From an uncultured Bacteroidales bacterium (GTDB lineage: Bacteria > Bacteroidota > Bacteroidia > Bacteroidales > GCA-2711565), in the NCBI GenBank assembly GCA_942491855.1, contig CALOCL010000025.1, forward strand, positions 66,910 to 130,909: 64,000 nt of DNA, read 5' to 3'. Positions 1 to 10,804 of the stretch are shown here, in pieces. A program made the position numbers and the translations under genes. The notes under the pieces were generated by a model, which was given only the letters and a program-made list of their open reading frames with translations, had not been told where the DNA came from and made no database searches. Positions within the stretch are counted from its first letter, which is position 1; the number at the start of each line of letters is the position of its first letter.

Positions 1-3000
1 ACTTCCATTATCGATAGGCGAGTAAGAATGAAAAACACCTTCGCTATCGGCTCTAAAATATTCAGAATGATTAACCGAATAAGCCCTGTCGGCATTTAAT
101 TCAATTTTAAAACCCGGGAATGGTTCGAGCGATGCCCTCATGGTTAAGTTTGTTGTTTTTTTAGTCGCATAAGGTTGATTAAGTAAGGTATCAACTGAAA
201 GCCATCCATACCGAACCGCATCATTTCGAATATCCCTTTGATCACCGAAGACAAACCCAATACCAGGAGCAAGGCTGGTTGGGGTATCACTTTCAGTGCC
301 AGTATTCGATTGGTATCTCCATGAATTACCAATAGATGTAGGTTCCGGATGAAAACCGGGAATAAATGTTCCGCTAATTTCAGAATAATTGAAAGATGCC
401 CGCTTCACTCCCATCAATACTTTCAAAATATTATCGGTCACCAGTTTTAAATAATTAACCCGATTGATGGGTTTTTCAGTTGTATCTCCGCGCATTACCT
501 CATGTTGTACATTTATTCCAGCAGCCGCCTGATTTCTGTTTTGAACCCTCCTTTTAGGCTGATTAAGTGACTTAAAATAAGGGATCTTTTCGTATAGTTT
601 TACAAAATTAAAATCTCCGGTAAACTGAATCTGAGCCGAGTTTTCAATCTGATTTCCAAACTGATCCTGAAGTGAGCGTGGTGATGCACCCCAATTAAAC
701 GTGCCTTGATAGTTAACCTGTGAACTCACCCAATCGAGAATGGGGATTTTTTGCAAAGGAAGCGTATAATTTGCCTGCAATATCTGATCGTATCTGTTGA
801 TACTTCCCAATCTCCCAATCTCCTTAAATATTTCGGAACGATAGGCTTTATATTCTTCATCCCCCTTCTCAGGATTACCTTGTGGTTCATCGATATAGGC
901 TGTTGCATTTGCTCTAAAATCAAGTCTTAATGACTGGGATAAATCAAATTTTATGTTGTAATTTCTATTCCAATCCCACTTTTTCACATAAAAGGTTTCC
1001 ATCGGAACATCTCCCCGGCTTTTATTCCTCAATGTTCTTTCATTGTGTTCCCTAAACATATCCGTTCGGAAGGATATTAATTTAGGCGTGAGATAAAAAT
1101 TGAAATCCTGAATCAATTTCAGATAGCTTGATTTCGCCAAAAATTTTGATTTTGCAAAAGGTTTAACGGGTTTTGGTGTATTTGAAAAATTATACCCAAA
1201 TCCACCACGATATGCTTTTTTCAAATCATATTCCACATCAATATTTCGAGAATAAATTTCGGAATATGCGTAAGAAAGGCTTAAGTTTTCAACATCGTAA
1301 ATTTTGCTTTTTGATCCATCAAGCTTGTCTTTACGAACATTCATTAAATTCAAATTTTTGCGTTGAACATAATCGACTGTAATTTTAATCAGGGAATCGC
1401 GCTGATCTTGCGTTTCAAATGAATCTAATTCATCTTTCAATTTCACGTCAGGATCAAGTGGATTGAATTGTGGGGTGCTTTGCATTTCGGAATAATCGAA
1501 ATGCAACGGAATACGTATCCCTGATTTTTCTGGGAAAAATTTCCCCAATTCCATATCCGTACTAAAATCGAAAGAGGTGACCGCCTCCTTGAAAGTTTCA
1601 TTAACCCGTTGTTCAAGACTACCAAATCCGGCAGAGTTATGACTTCCCATAAAAGTAACTCTTCCTAAATCGGCAAGATTTGCTGAAATACGCGCGGTGG
1701 CAGCCCATCCGCCTTTATTACTAAAATCGGTTAGGCGCATTTCATTCACCCAAACCTCAGCACTTTTTGGTAACCCATCATCACCGGCGGCCGAATTTAC
1801 CTGCTTCGGGTTTCTAACTCCGACTAAAATGGCTTTGACATCACTAATACTAGGCATACCAATTACGGTAACTTTTGCATTCCCATCGTAAACTACAAAT
1901 GGGATCGAGTTACTTAGATTTGAATTGGGATCGCGCATCGCAATGTTTCGCTGTTGTTTAATGTCAACCAGCTTTTCTAAATCAATACTGAAGCTGTTAT
2001 CCTCAGGCCAAATGGCATCGGGATCGGCTGCTGTGGTACCCCAAGGGGTAAAGTTCAGTGGGATTTCATATTCGTAATAATTTTCTGTAAAATCAGCTCC
2101 GAAACGCATAAAGATACTGAGTTCACCTTTTTGCAATTCCTCCGATTCAATCATCTTTTCAGCATGAACAAACATCTTTAGATTTTTATACTGCCGGAAG
2201 TCAAAATCGGTGGTTTTATATACGCCTCTTGCATCACCGTCTTCCAGGTTATCGACCTTCAAAACCATCGACTGCTCATTTCGACGGATGATATCGGTAG
2301 TAGCAATATTTATTTCTCTTTCAATACCAGGAGGTACCACATAAGGTACCGGATACCTTTTCCCGTTTTCCTCAATATTTACGGCTGTTACGTCAAAAGT
2401 TGTTTCACTTTGCAAATCAATTGGAACGGTGGTTTCCTCGCCAGGTATTAAAGAGTTGTTAAATCTACGCCATTCACCTCTGACAAGTTCTAGCGTAGCA
2501 AATCTTAGAACGACAGGCCGCTCAAAATCGTTCATAAACATTCGTAAAAATCGTATGGATTTGAAATCCTGAATGTTTCCGATTACTTGATCAGGTTGGC
2601 TGATCGGAATCTTAAACTGATACCATTTGGTATTCTTCAAATTTCCGTTTGGTAATTGATGTGAAGTTGCTTCATAAATGTCGGTGATATAATTTTCACC
2701 CACATTCATTTTTAATTTATCCAATTCTATTTCATATTGAAAATAACGCTCTGCTTCACTCAAAGTATTGTCGTAATTGATATCTTCAACATTGGGCATT
2801 GCTGTTGCAGCAGTTGGATAATTTTCCCGATTCTGATCGCTGGATGGCGAATTTTTATCAGGATTATTGAAGTTTTTATACCGCTCTAAAATACTTGCAT
2901 ACTTATTATCATTATCAAAATCAGTCCCTCTGAAATAATGATAATTATCTGAGGCAGGGTCTTCCATCGATTTCAGGAAGGCATTTGAATTGGTTCCGAA

Positions 3001-6000
3001 ATTATTTTGAATTTTATTCAGATAATCGTGCTTACCGGATACACTATTAAAAAACGAACGTTCATCATCATCACTTAGGCCATCATATCCGACATCCTGA
3101 AAAACACGGGTCCCTGCTTGATTACTGAATGATTCAACCAGAGATTGCAAACTAGGAACCCTTCCCCAAATCGTTGTATCAACATTAACTACTTCCTCGC
3201 TGGTCGGTAAGCCATTTTCAAAACTTTTTCTTGAATCTCTTAAAATATCCTCCGAAATATCACCTAAATTAAAATACAGTTTTCCGTTATTTGTGGCGTC
3301 TTCAGTAAATGGATCCATCAGCCAAAACTCGATATACTCAACATTGGTAGCTTCAAAATCGGTTGATTCGATTTTGCGCATCACCCCACCCCATCTTGAA
3401 TTAGGATCGTTTAGCTCTCCTTCCTGATTAATTCCGGCAGTTAACCCTCCAACCGGATCCACATCATAATTATAAGGCCCTTTTTCCTTGGGATAAAAAG
3501 CCATGTTCAGGATGGGAATATTAGTTGGAATACCGTTAGGTATATCCTTATTCGGGAAAACTTCAGTTTCGAGTACTTGTCGTACACTGTTTTTCGACAA
3601 TTCGTTGTTATCGATATTGGGTGGTTTTAGGTTTGTTTTCCGATCATAAAAAAGTGGATCGATGATATACCATGCAAATTTGGCTCTGTTTTTACCATAG
3701 TTAATTCCTTCATTGGGGGCAGCTTCCGGGAAAATATCAAATTGACCCTGGGGAGTACTGGCCAATAACCATGCGCCAAAATTCTTCAGATCGAGGGTGG
3801 ATTTACTTCCTTCAAAATCGTCGATGTAGGAAGTTCCGGTTTTACCGATGGCTTTTGAATGTCCAGGAATAAAATGTGCAAATTCACCATCAATATTAAT
3901 CATTGATTTTTCCTTGGTACTGAAAAATGGCAGTTTATCAACCAGCTTCGTTAGCAAGCGGGATTCTTCTTCAAAATTGAAATTGATGCCCCAAATGGTA
4001 TTTGAAATTGGATCATCGCCATAATTCGTTTTTTGCGTGAGCGGTCGTTCGTTCAAATTAATGATGGTTGCTCCAATATTGGTATTCTCTTTTAAGGCGT
4101 AATTGATGTGCGTTCCCATCATTCGTTTGGTTTGCAGGTTGAACATGGAGTTGCTCTCAAGCGATACCTTAATCGGGGTTCCTGAGTTTAAAATTCCTTC
4201 GTTAATAATTCTCACCCTTCCCAAGGTATAATCAACCGTGTAATCAACATTTTCGGTTAAAGGAATTCCTCCTGCCGAAACCACTACAGAACCCTGGGGG
4301 ACATTCAAGGCATTGAGCGAAATTTCATTGCTTGTGGAAGATTTGTAAATCCCCTCTAAAATAAATTTATTTTTTTCTGGATATTGTTCGGCTCCTGTTT
4401 TTGTTAAGGTGTAGAGCGAATCAAAAGCATACTTATTTGCTAATTCAGGATCAGTGAACTGCTTTCGTAAATCTTTCCCAAAAGGTTCGAGTACCGGAAA
4501 AAAGATACGTCCGTTCGACGACTCAATGGTACCACCATTTATTGCAGCTCCATCGATGAAGTCGAAAATTCCATCAGGTGGTGGATTCAATTGTGGATTC
4601 AAATTATCCATATTCATCAACCGAATTAATGGAACCCCTTTTATCTTTTCTCCACCTTCGGTTAAATAGGCCGTTGGGATCCCATTTTTATTCCCTGAAT
4701 ACAAAATATTAAAGATGAAATCTTCAGGATTAACCTGATATGCCCTGATTGAATAAACATTTTTCATCATCAAATCCCACATTTTACTACGGGTATTTAT
4801 GGAGGTACTCTTCAACATTTTCACCATTAACACCTGGGGTGCATTAATACCCTGATCTGTGAACTCCCCAACCTGATAAACCTTGTTATCGCCAATTACG
4901 GTGTATTGATAGGCAACAGCCAATGTTTGGTCAGAATTTAGTGTGGTATTCAAAGAGATAAAACCGAGCCTGCTGTTAAAGGTATATTCCGAAGTTCTTA
5001 GTTTCCGGGCACTTTCAATTTTCTCGAAATCTTCACCGGCAATAAAATACCCTGATGAACCAATACCAAGTGGGTCATTTTTTAAATAATTTGAAACCGA
5101 ATTTATATCACGGAGTTGCGCAGTATCGAATCGATTTAAGAGATCATTCGAATAATTTGATGGTAACCTACCACCCAATTGGGGGTTGATAATATTGCTA
5201 TTGGGGCTGTATTCACCCAAATCAGCCAATGCAACAATATTTCGATTATCCGTTACTGCGGGTCCAATATTTGTAACCCAGACTTCCATGCGGGTAATAT
5301 TTACATTTGATGCGATGACAGGGAGGTTTTTTAAGGCTTCGTTATATCTGTTACTTGGCTTTCCTTCACTGTCAGTCACATCTTCTCTAAAATATTGCCC
5401 AATAAAAAAGTGCCGATTTTCTTCGTAATCTACAGCCGTTAAGTTAAATTCATTGGTTTGTGCTCCCCCCTGAACAGTAATTGAAGATGTTTGACTTTTT
5501 TGCTGAGAAAATACACTCGTGATGGTTGCCCTGCCAAATTGCAATTTGGTTTTAATTCCGAATAAACTTTGGCTACCTGTAATCAGTGTAGTGGGTAAAG
5601 GTAAATTTACATCACCGGCTTCAATCAATTTAACAATTTCATCTTCCTTGCCTTCGTATTTTAAGGCAAGTTTGTTTTCAAAATCAAAGGTGGATTCGGT
5701 ATTGTAATTTGTTTTGAATTGAATTTTATCACCAATATTGGCCAACACACTCATTTGAATTTTCTCTTTAAAATCAAAATCTGTGGTATGTCTTCTTCTC
5801 ACATCTAGCGTTTCATCTTTTCGGTTATTAGCCAGAACGCCAAAAGTTAATTCCGCCGAACCCTGCGGTCTGATGTCAATTAAGTCTCCTCCAAATACTT
5901 GATCGAGCACCTGATTTCCTGCATGCAAAGCCGGAATAATCCCTGCTCGGCTATCACCACTTGCCGTATTAATTCTTTGCTTCCAGTAATTGCTTTCCGA

Positions 6001-6372
6001 CTTTTTTGCCGCAAATTTTTGATAGTCGCTAAAACCCATGTTTAGCGGTGTGCGATAATTTAAATTACCCATCCTGCTAAAAAAAACATATTTATTCCCA
6101 TCCGGATTATAGGAAATCTGAGATTTTATATTTGATGGAGTTTTTAGAAAAAGGGGGCTTGTAAATTTATAATTGAAGGGATTAAAAAACTCTCTTTTAA
6201 ATGGGTAGTTTAATTTAAAAGCGGTTGAAGTGTCTTTAACTTGTAAAGGATTGTAATCAGAACCTTTGCCATCTTTTTCGACTGGATTCGCATTCAACCT
6301 TGGCGAAGCCAGACTGAAAATGAATATAAAAATCCACCCCGATAAAAAAATATGTTGTTTAGAAAAAATCAA
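1..6372 (-). CDS. sprA: SprA, T9SS/gliding-motility outer-membrane translocon; C-terminal part lies outside the window, about 2120 codons inside
   Basis: Hand translation of the minus strand from about 6372 gives one open frame. It starts with a signal-like LIFSKQHIFLSGWIFIFIFSLA, then ...DLIDIRPQGSAELTFG..., ...FKTNYNTESTFDFENKLALKYEGKEDEIVKLIEAGDVNLPL..TLITGSQSLFGIKTKLQFGRATITSVFSQQK... I recognise this as the conserved SprA N-terminal region. The same frame is still open at bases 60..1, and no competing ORF over 70 aa exists in 1-6400. There is no in-frame ATG after the upstream TAA, so the TTG start at 6372 is assumed. It is probably absent from the ORF track because it runs off the window. 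Confidence 0.8.
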   Translation of the reverse strand, partial: MIFSKQHIFLSGWIFIFIFSLASPRLNANPVEKDGKGSDYNPLQVKDTSTAFKLNYPFKREFFNPFNYKFTSPLFLKTPSNIKSQISYNPDGNKYVFFSRMGNLNYRTPLNMGFSDYQKFAAKKSESNYWKQRINTASGDSRAGIIPALHAGNQVLDQVFGGDLIDIRPQGSAELTFGVLANNRKDETLDVRRRHTTDFDFKEKIQMSVLANIGDKIQFKTNYNTESTFDFENKLALKYEGKEDEIVKLIEAGDVNLPLPTTLITGSQSLFGIKTKLQFGRATITSVFSQQKSQTSSITVQGGAQTNEFNLTAVDYEENRHFFIGQYFREDVTDSEGKPSNRYNEALKNLPVIASNVNITRMEVWVTNIGPAVTDNRNIVALADLGEYSPNSNIINPQLGGRLPSNYSNDLLNRFDTAQLRDINSVSNYLKNDPLGIGSSGYFIAGEDFEKIESARKLRTSEYTFNSRLGFISLNTTLNSDQTLAVAYQYTVIGDNKVYQVGEFTDQGINAPQVLMVKMLKSTSINTRSKMWDLMMKNVYSIRAYQVNPEDFIFNILYSGNKNGIPTAYLTEGGEKIKGVPLIRLMNMDNLNPQLNPPPDGIFDFIDGAAINGGTIESSNGRIFFPVLEPFGKDLRKQFTDPELANKYAFDSLYTLTKTGAEQYPEKNKFILEGIYKSSTSNEISLNALNVPQGSVVVSAGGIPLTENVDYTVDYTLGRVRIINEGILNSGTPIKVSLESNSMFNLQTKRMMGTHINYALKENTNIGATIINLNERPLTQKTNYGDDPISNTIWGINFNFEEESRLLTKLVDKLPFFSTKEKSMINIDGEFAHFIPGHSKAIGKTGTSYIDDFEGSKSTLDLKNFGAWLLASTPQGQFDIFPEAAPNEGINYGKNRAKFAWYIIDPLFYDRKTNLKPPNIDNNELSKNSVRQVLETEVFPNKDIPNGIPTNIPILNMAFYPKEKGPYNYDVDPVGGLTAGINQEGELNDPNSRWGGVMRKIESTDFEATNVEYIEFWLMDPFTEDATNNGKLYFNLGDISEDILRDSRKSFENGLPTSEEVVNVDTTIWGRVPSLQSLVESFSNQAGTRVFQDVGYDGLSDDDERSFFNSVSGKHDYLNKIQNNFGTNSNAFLKSMEDPASDNYHYFRGTDFDNDNKYASILERYKNFNNPDKNSPSSDQNRENYPTAATAMPNVEDINYDNTLSEAERYFQYEIELDKLKMNVGENYITDIYEATSHQLPNGNLKNTKWYQFKIPISQPDQVIGNIQDFKSIRFLRMFMNDFERPVVLRFATLELVRGEWRRFNNSLIPGEETTVPIDLQSETTFDVTAVNIEENGKRYPVPYVVPPGIEREINIATTDIIRRNEQSMVLKVDNLEDGDARGVYKTTDFDFRQYKNLKMFVHAEKMIESEELQKGELSIFMRFGADFTENYYEYEIPLNFTPWGTTAADPDAIWPEDNSFSIDLEKLVDIKQQRNIAMRDPNSNLSNSIPFVVYDGNAKVTVIGMPSISDVKAILVGVRNPKQVNSAAGDDGLPKSAEVWVNEMRLTDFSNKGGWAATARISANLADLGRVTFMGSHNSAGFGSLEQRVNETFKEAVTSFDFSTDMELGKFFPEKSGIRIPLHFDYSEMQSTPQFNPLDPDVKLKDELDSFETQDQRDSLIKITVDYVQRKNLNLMNVRKDKLDGSKSKIYDVENLSLSYAYSEIYSRNIDVEYDLKKAYRGGFGYNFSNTPKPVKPFAKSKFLAKSSYLKLIQDFNFYLTPKLISFRTDMFREHNERTLRNKSRGDVPMETFYVKKWDWNRNYNIKFDLSQSLRLDFRANATAYIDEPQGNPEKGDEEYKAYRSEIFKEIGRLGSINRYDQILQANYTLPLQKIPILDWVSSQVNYQGTFNWGASPRSLQDQFGNQIENSAQIQFTGDFNFVKLYEKIPYFKSLNQPKRRVQNRNQAAAGINVQHEVMRGDTTEKPINRVNYLKLVTDNILKVLMGVKRASFNYSEISGTFIPGFHPEPTSIGNSWRYQSNTGTESDTPTSLAPGIGFVFGDQRDIRNDAVRYGWLSVDTLLNQPYATKKTTNLTMRASLEPFPGFKIELNADRAYSVNHSEYFRADSEGVFHSYSPIDNGS

Positions 6373-6439
6373 AGAATGAAAAAGATTTTAAAACATAAAA
6401 TGAAACGATCATGATTTTTTTAATCCCAAAAAGATAAAG

Positions 6440-7024
6440 TTAAAATGATTTCAATACATTTTTAATCAATTCTTCAACACTAAGGTCGCCTCCATTAGTT
6501 TCAAGAACTTTATCAATCGCTTTGGATGCAAGGTTTCTGTTAAAACCAAGAACTACCAAACCAGATAACGCTTCTTCTTTTTTCGTATTGTGTGAAAACG
6601 GAACATTTTCAACCATTCCATCTTCCTTCTCTAATTTGTCTTTTAAATCAATGATAATCCTTTGTGCTGTCTTGCCACCAATACCTTTAACAGATTGCAG
6701 GGCTGGGAAATTGCTATTCACAATATTCGAGTAAAGCTCGTCGGGGTTCATTGATGATAAAATGAGTCGGGCGATGTTGGCTCCCACACCTGAGACAGAA
6801 ATCAAATGAACAAAAAGCTTTCGCTCGGTTATTGTATGAAACCCAAATAAAAGCTGGGCATCTTCTCTAACCACAAAATGGGTGTGCAATTTGCAATTTT
6901 GTAATCCTTCAATTTGCGAATAGGTATGTAATGAAATATGAATTTGAAAACCAATTCCGTTCACATCAATCACCACATAAGTTGGGGTTTTTTCTGCTAT
7001 TTTTCCCTCGATATACGAATACAT
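6440..7024 (-). CDS. ruvA: Holliday junction DNA helicase subunit RuvA
   Basis: 194 aa. N-terminal MYSYIEGKI...V..DVNGIGF.I OB-fold, helix-hairpin-helix LISVSGVGANIA and VKGIGGKTAQRII. The ruvA-sprA neighbourhood is typical of Bacteroidota. Confidence 0.95.
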   Translation of the reverse strand: MYSYIEGKIAEKTPTYVVIDVNGIGFQIHISLHTYSQIEGLQNCKLHTHFVVREDAQLLFGFHTITERKLFVHLISVSGVGANIARLILSSMNPDELYSNIVNSNFPALQSVKGIGGKTAQRIIIDLKDKLEKEDGMVENVPFSHNTKKEEALSGLVVLGFNRNLASKAIDKVLETNGGDLSVEELIKNVLKSF

Positions 7025-7267
7025 TCAGTAAAATTTATGGTTAGTTTTTTCAAGTTGAAATCTGCTTAACAGGCAAGTAAAAATACGAATTTAATTGTTG
7101 CAGCAAAATTTGAGTGCTTTAAAAAATGCGGTTAATTAGGTACCGTAATAATCAATATTATAGAATAATTTTTAATCAGTATATATAAGGTTTTGAGATA
7201 TGTTGAACGCTAGATATTCTTAATTTTGTAGTTCATTTGTTTAGATATTCACAATAAATAATTAGTA

Positions 7268-9559
7268 ATGGATAATTTATTTAGAAAAGACGCCTTAATC
7301 TATCATTCTGAGGGGAGACCCGGGAAGATAGAAGTGATCCCTACGAAACCCTATTCTACGCAAAGGGATTTATCTTTGGCTTATTCACCTGGTGTGGCAG
7401 ATCCTTGTCTCAAAATACAAGAAAATCCAGAAGATGTTTACAAGTATACCGCCAAAGGAAATCTTGTGGCGGTCATTTCAAACGGTACCGCAGTTCTTGG
7501 TTTAGGCGACATTGGCGCTGAAGCGGGAAAACCAGTTATGGAGGGTAAAGGTCTTCTTTTTAAAATCTTTGCCGACATTGATGTTTTTGATATTGAAATT
7601 GATGTTAAAGACATCGATAAATTTGTGGATACGGTCATCAATATCGCTCCAACATTCGGAGGAATTAATCTTGAAGATATCAAAGCACCGGAATGTTTTG
7701 AAATCGAAGATAAAATTAAAGAAAGACTAAATATTCCGGTGATGCATGACGACCAGCATGGAACCGCCATCATCACTTCAGCCGGATTATTAAATGCCCT
7801 TAAAATCAATGGTAAAAAGATTGATAAAGTAAAAATTGTTGTTAACGGAGCAGGCGCTTCTGCTGTTTCTTGTACTAAACTTTATATCAAACTCGGAGTT
7901 AAACCTGAAAACATTGTGATGGTTGATTCAAAAGGGGTTTTAAACAAGTCCAGAACCGACCTGAATTCTGTTAAAAAACAATTTGTAACCGACAGAAATA
8001 TTAACACCCTGGCCGAAGCAGTTGAAGGTGCAGATATGTTCCTCGGACTCTCAGTTGCAGGAGTAATGAAACCGGAGATGTTATTATCGATGACAAAAAA
8101 TCCTATTGTTTTTGCGTGTGCAAACCCAAACCCTGAGATCACATACGATGATGCAACCTCAACTCGAGAGGATGTGATTATGGGAACCGGACGATCTGAT
8201 TTCCCAAATCAGATTAACAATGTTTTGGGATTCCCGTTTATCTTCAGAGGAGCATTGGATGTAAGAGCCACTTGCATTAACGAAGAAATGAAATTAGCTG
8301 CAGCTTATGCACTGGCGCAGTTGGCACAGGAACCTGTTCCTGAAGAAGTAAATATTGCTTACCATGCAACTAATTTGAAATTTGGAAAAGAATATATTAT
8401 CCCTAAACCAACCGATCCACGCCTAATTGAATATTTGGCACCTGCTGTTGCTAAAGCAGCTATGGAAACAGGTGTTGCCCAAAAACCAATCACCGATTGG
8501 GATGCCTATCGTGACGAATTGCGTAAGAGACTTGGTGTTAGTAATCCTATTGTTCGTCAAATTAAAGCCCGTTCTAAACGAGATCCTAAAAAAGTAGTAT
8601 TTGCCGAAGCGGAAAACTACAAGATCTTAAAGGCAGCTGAAATTGTTCTGAATGAAAAACTTGCCTATCCGATTTTATTAGGAAACATAGAAGCAATAAA
8701 AGAATTAATTAAAGTTAATAGTCTTGAATTACCGGATGTTGAAATAATCGATCCTAAATCTGACGAGGAAAAGAAACGTCGTCATGAATTTGCAGAACTT
8801 CTTTACAAAAAACGCCAAAGAAGAGGAGTTACCTTAACTGCAGCCAAAGACATGATGCAACACCGGAATTACTACGGGCCTATGCTTGTAGAAACCGGTT
8901 ATGCAGATGCCTTAATTTCCGGATTAACCAGAAATTATCCAGACACTTTGAAACCCGCCTTACAGATTATTGGCAAAAAACCAAATGCCAATATTGTATC
9001 CGGGATGTATATCGTTAACTCTAAGGAAGGTCCGATTTTCTTTGCTGATTGCACAGTAAATAAAAACCCCGATGTTGATACCCTGGTTGAAATTACCTTA
9101 CAAACAACTTATGCGGTTGAACAATTTAAACTGAAGCCAAGAGTAGCTTTCTTATCCTACTCAAACTTTGGGTCAAACGATGGAGCAATTCCGAAGAAAC
9201 AAAGAATTGCTGTTGCTCAACTCCATAACGATTATCCCGACATGGTTGTTGATGGTGAAATGCAGGCGAATGTTGCACTAAATGCAGAAATGATAAAAGA
9301 AAATTTCCCTTTCTCCAAGCTAGCTGATGGCCCTGCCAATACACTTATTTTCCCATATTTAACAGCCGGAAACGTGGCTTACAAATTATTGCAAGAAATG
9401 GGACATTACGAGGTTATCGGCCCTGTTATCAATGGAATGAACAAATCAGTTCACGTATTGAATATGGGAAGTAGTGTTAACGATATTGTTAACATGGTTA
9501 TGATTGCTGTAATTGACGCACAGTGTGCTGAGCAAAGAGAAAAAGGAATTAAATGTTAA
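7268..9559 (+). CDS. maeB: NADP-dependent malic enzyme with C-terminal phosphate-acetyltransferase-like domain
   Basis: 763 aa. YSPGVA, VVSNGTAVLGLGDIG, NGAGASA Rossmann motif and a long PTA-like C-terminal half, as in MaeB. Confidence 0.93.
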   Translation: MDNLFRKDALIYHSEGRPGKIEVIPTKPYSTQRDLSLAYSPGVADPCLKIQENPEDVYKYTAKGNLVAVISNGTAVLGLGDIGAEAGKPVMEGKGLLFKIFADIDVFDIEIDVKDIDKFVDTVINIAPTFGGINLEDIKAPECFEIEDKIKERLNIPVMHDDQHGTAIITSAGLLNALKINGKKIDKVKIVVNGAGASAVSCTKLYIKLGVKPENIVMVDSKGVLNKSRTDLNSVKKQFVTDRNINTLAEAVEGADMFLGLSVAGVMKPEMLLSMTKNPIVFACANPNPEITYDDATSTREDVIMGTGRSDFPNQINNVLGFPFIFRGALDVRATCINEEMKLAAAYALAQLAQEPVPEEVNIAYHATNLKFGKEYIIPKPTDPRLIEYLAPAVAKAAMETGVAQKPITDWDAYRDELRKRLGVSNPIVRQIKARSKRDPKKVVFAEAENYKILKAAEIVLNEKLAYPILLGNIEAIKELIKVNSLELPDVEIIDPKSDEEKKRRHEFAELLYKKRQRRGVTLTAAKDMMQHRNYYGPMLVETGYADALISGLTRNYPDTLKPALQIIGKKPNANIVSGMYIVNSKEGPIFFADCTVNKNPDVDTLVEITLQTTYAVEQFKLKPRVAFLSYSNFGSNDGAIPKKQRIAVAQLHNDYPDMVVDGEMQANVALNAEMIKENFPFSKLADGPANTLIFPYLTAGNVAYKLLQEMGHYEVIGPVINGMNKSVHVLNMGSSVNDIVNMVMIAVIDAQCAEQREKGIKC

Positions 9560-9591
9560 TTTTATGATTCAACAACCATAACAATAAAAAA

Positions 9592-9619
9592 GGCCATCTA
9601 TTGAGATGGCCTTTTTTTT
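9592..9619 (+). terminator. Intrinsic terminator after maeB
   Basis: GGCCATCT-ATTG-AGATGGCC hairpin followed by T8. Confidence 0.75.
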
Positions 9620-9762
9620 ATTCAATTTAAACTTGCGTTTGAATGTTTCATTCCCAATTTATCCAATTTAAAAACTTTTATAAATAAGCACTGTTATTGT
9701 TTTAACAATCAGTAATTTATATATTTGTGAAAAATGATGCTACTAAACTTAAAAAAGAACAT

Positions 9763-10701
9763 ATGAATAAAATTACTGTTGTTGGAGCCGGAAATGTTGG
9801 AGCTACATGTGCAAATGTAATTGCGCATAAGGATCTGGCCCGAGAAGTGGTGCTGGTTGACATCAAGGAAGGTGTAGCCGAAGGAAAAGCTTTGGATATC
9901 TGGCAAACCTCTTCCATCCAAAATTTTAATACTAGGGTTACAGGGGTTACAAATGATTATCTAAAAACCAAAGGTTCAGGTGTTGTGGTTATCACTTCCG
10001 GCATTCCACGTAAGCCAGGAATGTCGCGCGATGACTTAATAAAAACCAATGCCAGTATAGTTAAGGAAGTCACTGAGAAAGTAGTCAAATATTCTCCTGA
10101 AGCCATTATCATCGTTGTATCAAATCCATTAGATGTGATGACTTATGCGGCTTACCTTGCAGCTAACAAACCTTCAAATAAAGTATTTGGGATGGCCGGG
10201 ATTTTAGATACCGGTAGATATCGTGCATTTATTGCAGATGCGTTAAATGTTTCTCCAAAAGACATTCTTTCTTTATCGCTTGGTGGACATGGTGACTCAA
10301 TGGTTCCATTACCACGTTATACCTCAGTTAACGGTATTCCTATTATCGAATTACTTGGTAAAGATGAAATTGAAAAAATTGTTGAAAGAACCCGTTTGGG
10401 AGGTGGTGAATTAGTAAACCTCATGGGAACCTCTGCATGGTATGCTCCCGGTGCTGCTGCGGCTCAAATGGTAGAAGCCATTGTTGACGACCAAAAACGT
10501 ATTTTCCCGTGTTGTGCTTGGTTGCAAGGAGAATATGGATTGAAGGACATTTACATGGGCGTTCCTGTAAAACTTGGTAAAGGTGGCGTAGAAACCATCT
10601 TTGAACTTAACTTGAATGAAGAAGAAACAAAATTACTACAGGATTCGGCTAAAGACCTCAAAAAGGTGATGAAGGTTCTCGATGATATGAAGCTATTCTA
10701 A
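9763..10701 (+). CDS. mdh: Malate dehydrogenase (LDH-like family)
   Basis: MNKITVVGAGNVG Rossmann start, ITSGIPRKPGMSRDDL and GGHGD motifs. The track ORF starts at GTG 9727, but ATG 9763 directly precedes the conserved N-terminus. Confidence 0.93.
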   Translation: MNKITVVGAGNVGATCANVIAHKDLAREVVLVDIKEGVAEGKALDIWQTSSIQNFNTRVTGVTNDYLKTKGSGVVVITSGIPRKPGMSRDDLIKTNASIVKEVTEKVVKYSPEAIIIVVSNPLDVMTYAAYLAANKPSNKVFGMAGILDTGRYRAFIADALNVSPKDILSLSLGGHGDSMVPLPRYTSVNGIPIIELLGKDEIEKIVERTRLGGGELVNLMGTSAWYAPGAAAAQMVEAIVDDQKRIFPCCAWLQGEYGLKDIYMGVPVKLGKGGVETIFELNLNEEETKLLQDSAKDLKKVMKVLDDMKLF

Positions 10702-10728
10702 AAGACCCTATTAGTAAAGATTTTAGAA

Positions 10729-10757
10729 GCACCCTACTTGATTAGGGTGCTTTTTTT
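10729..10757 (+). terminator. Intrinsic terminator after mdh
   Basis: GCACCCT-loop-AGGGTGC hairpin followed by T7. Confidence 0.7.
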
Positions 10758-10804
10758 ATGTAAATTTATACCATCTAGTTAATTCATCAGAACAATTATA
10801 TTTA

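Noticed and set aside
7438-7809. Antisense or alternate-frame ORFs inside large genes (e.g. 7438..7809, 26431..26700, 35405..35794, 39404..39745, 40200..40529, 61489..61797)
   Set aside because: These are shadow ORFs fully embedded in well-supported genes. Their translations are compositionally odd (Ser/Pro/Leu-rich) and match no family I recognise.
9727-9762. GTG-initiated upstream extensions of mdh (9727), the sigma-54 regulator (21608) and ruvB (38820)
   Set aside because: In each case an ATG sits immediately before the conserved N-terminal motif (MNKITVVGAG; MTMNPFRIFIVEDD; MNENLDPD). The extensions add non-conserved, low-complexity residues.
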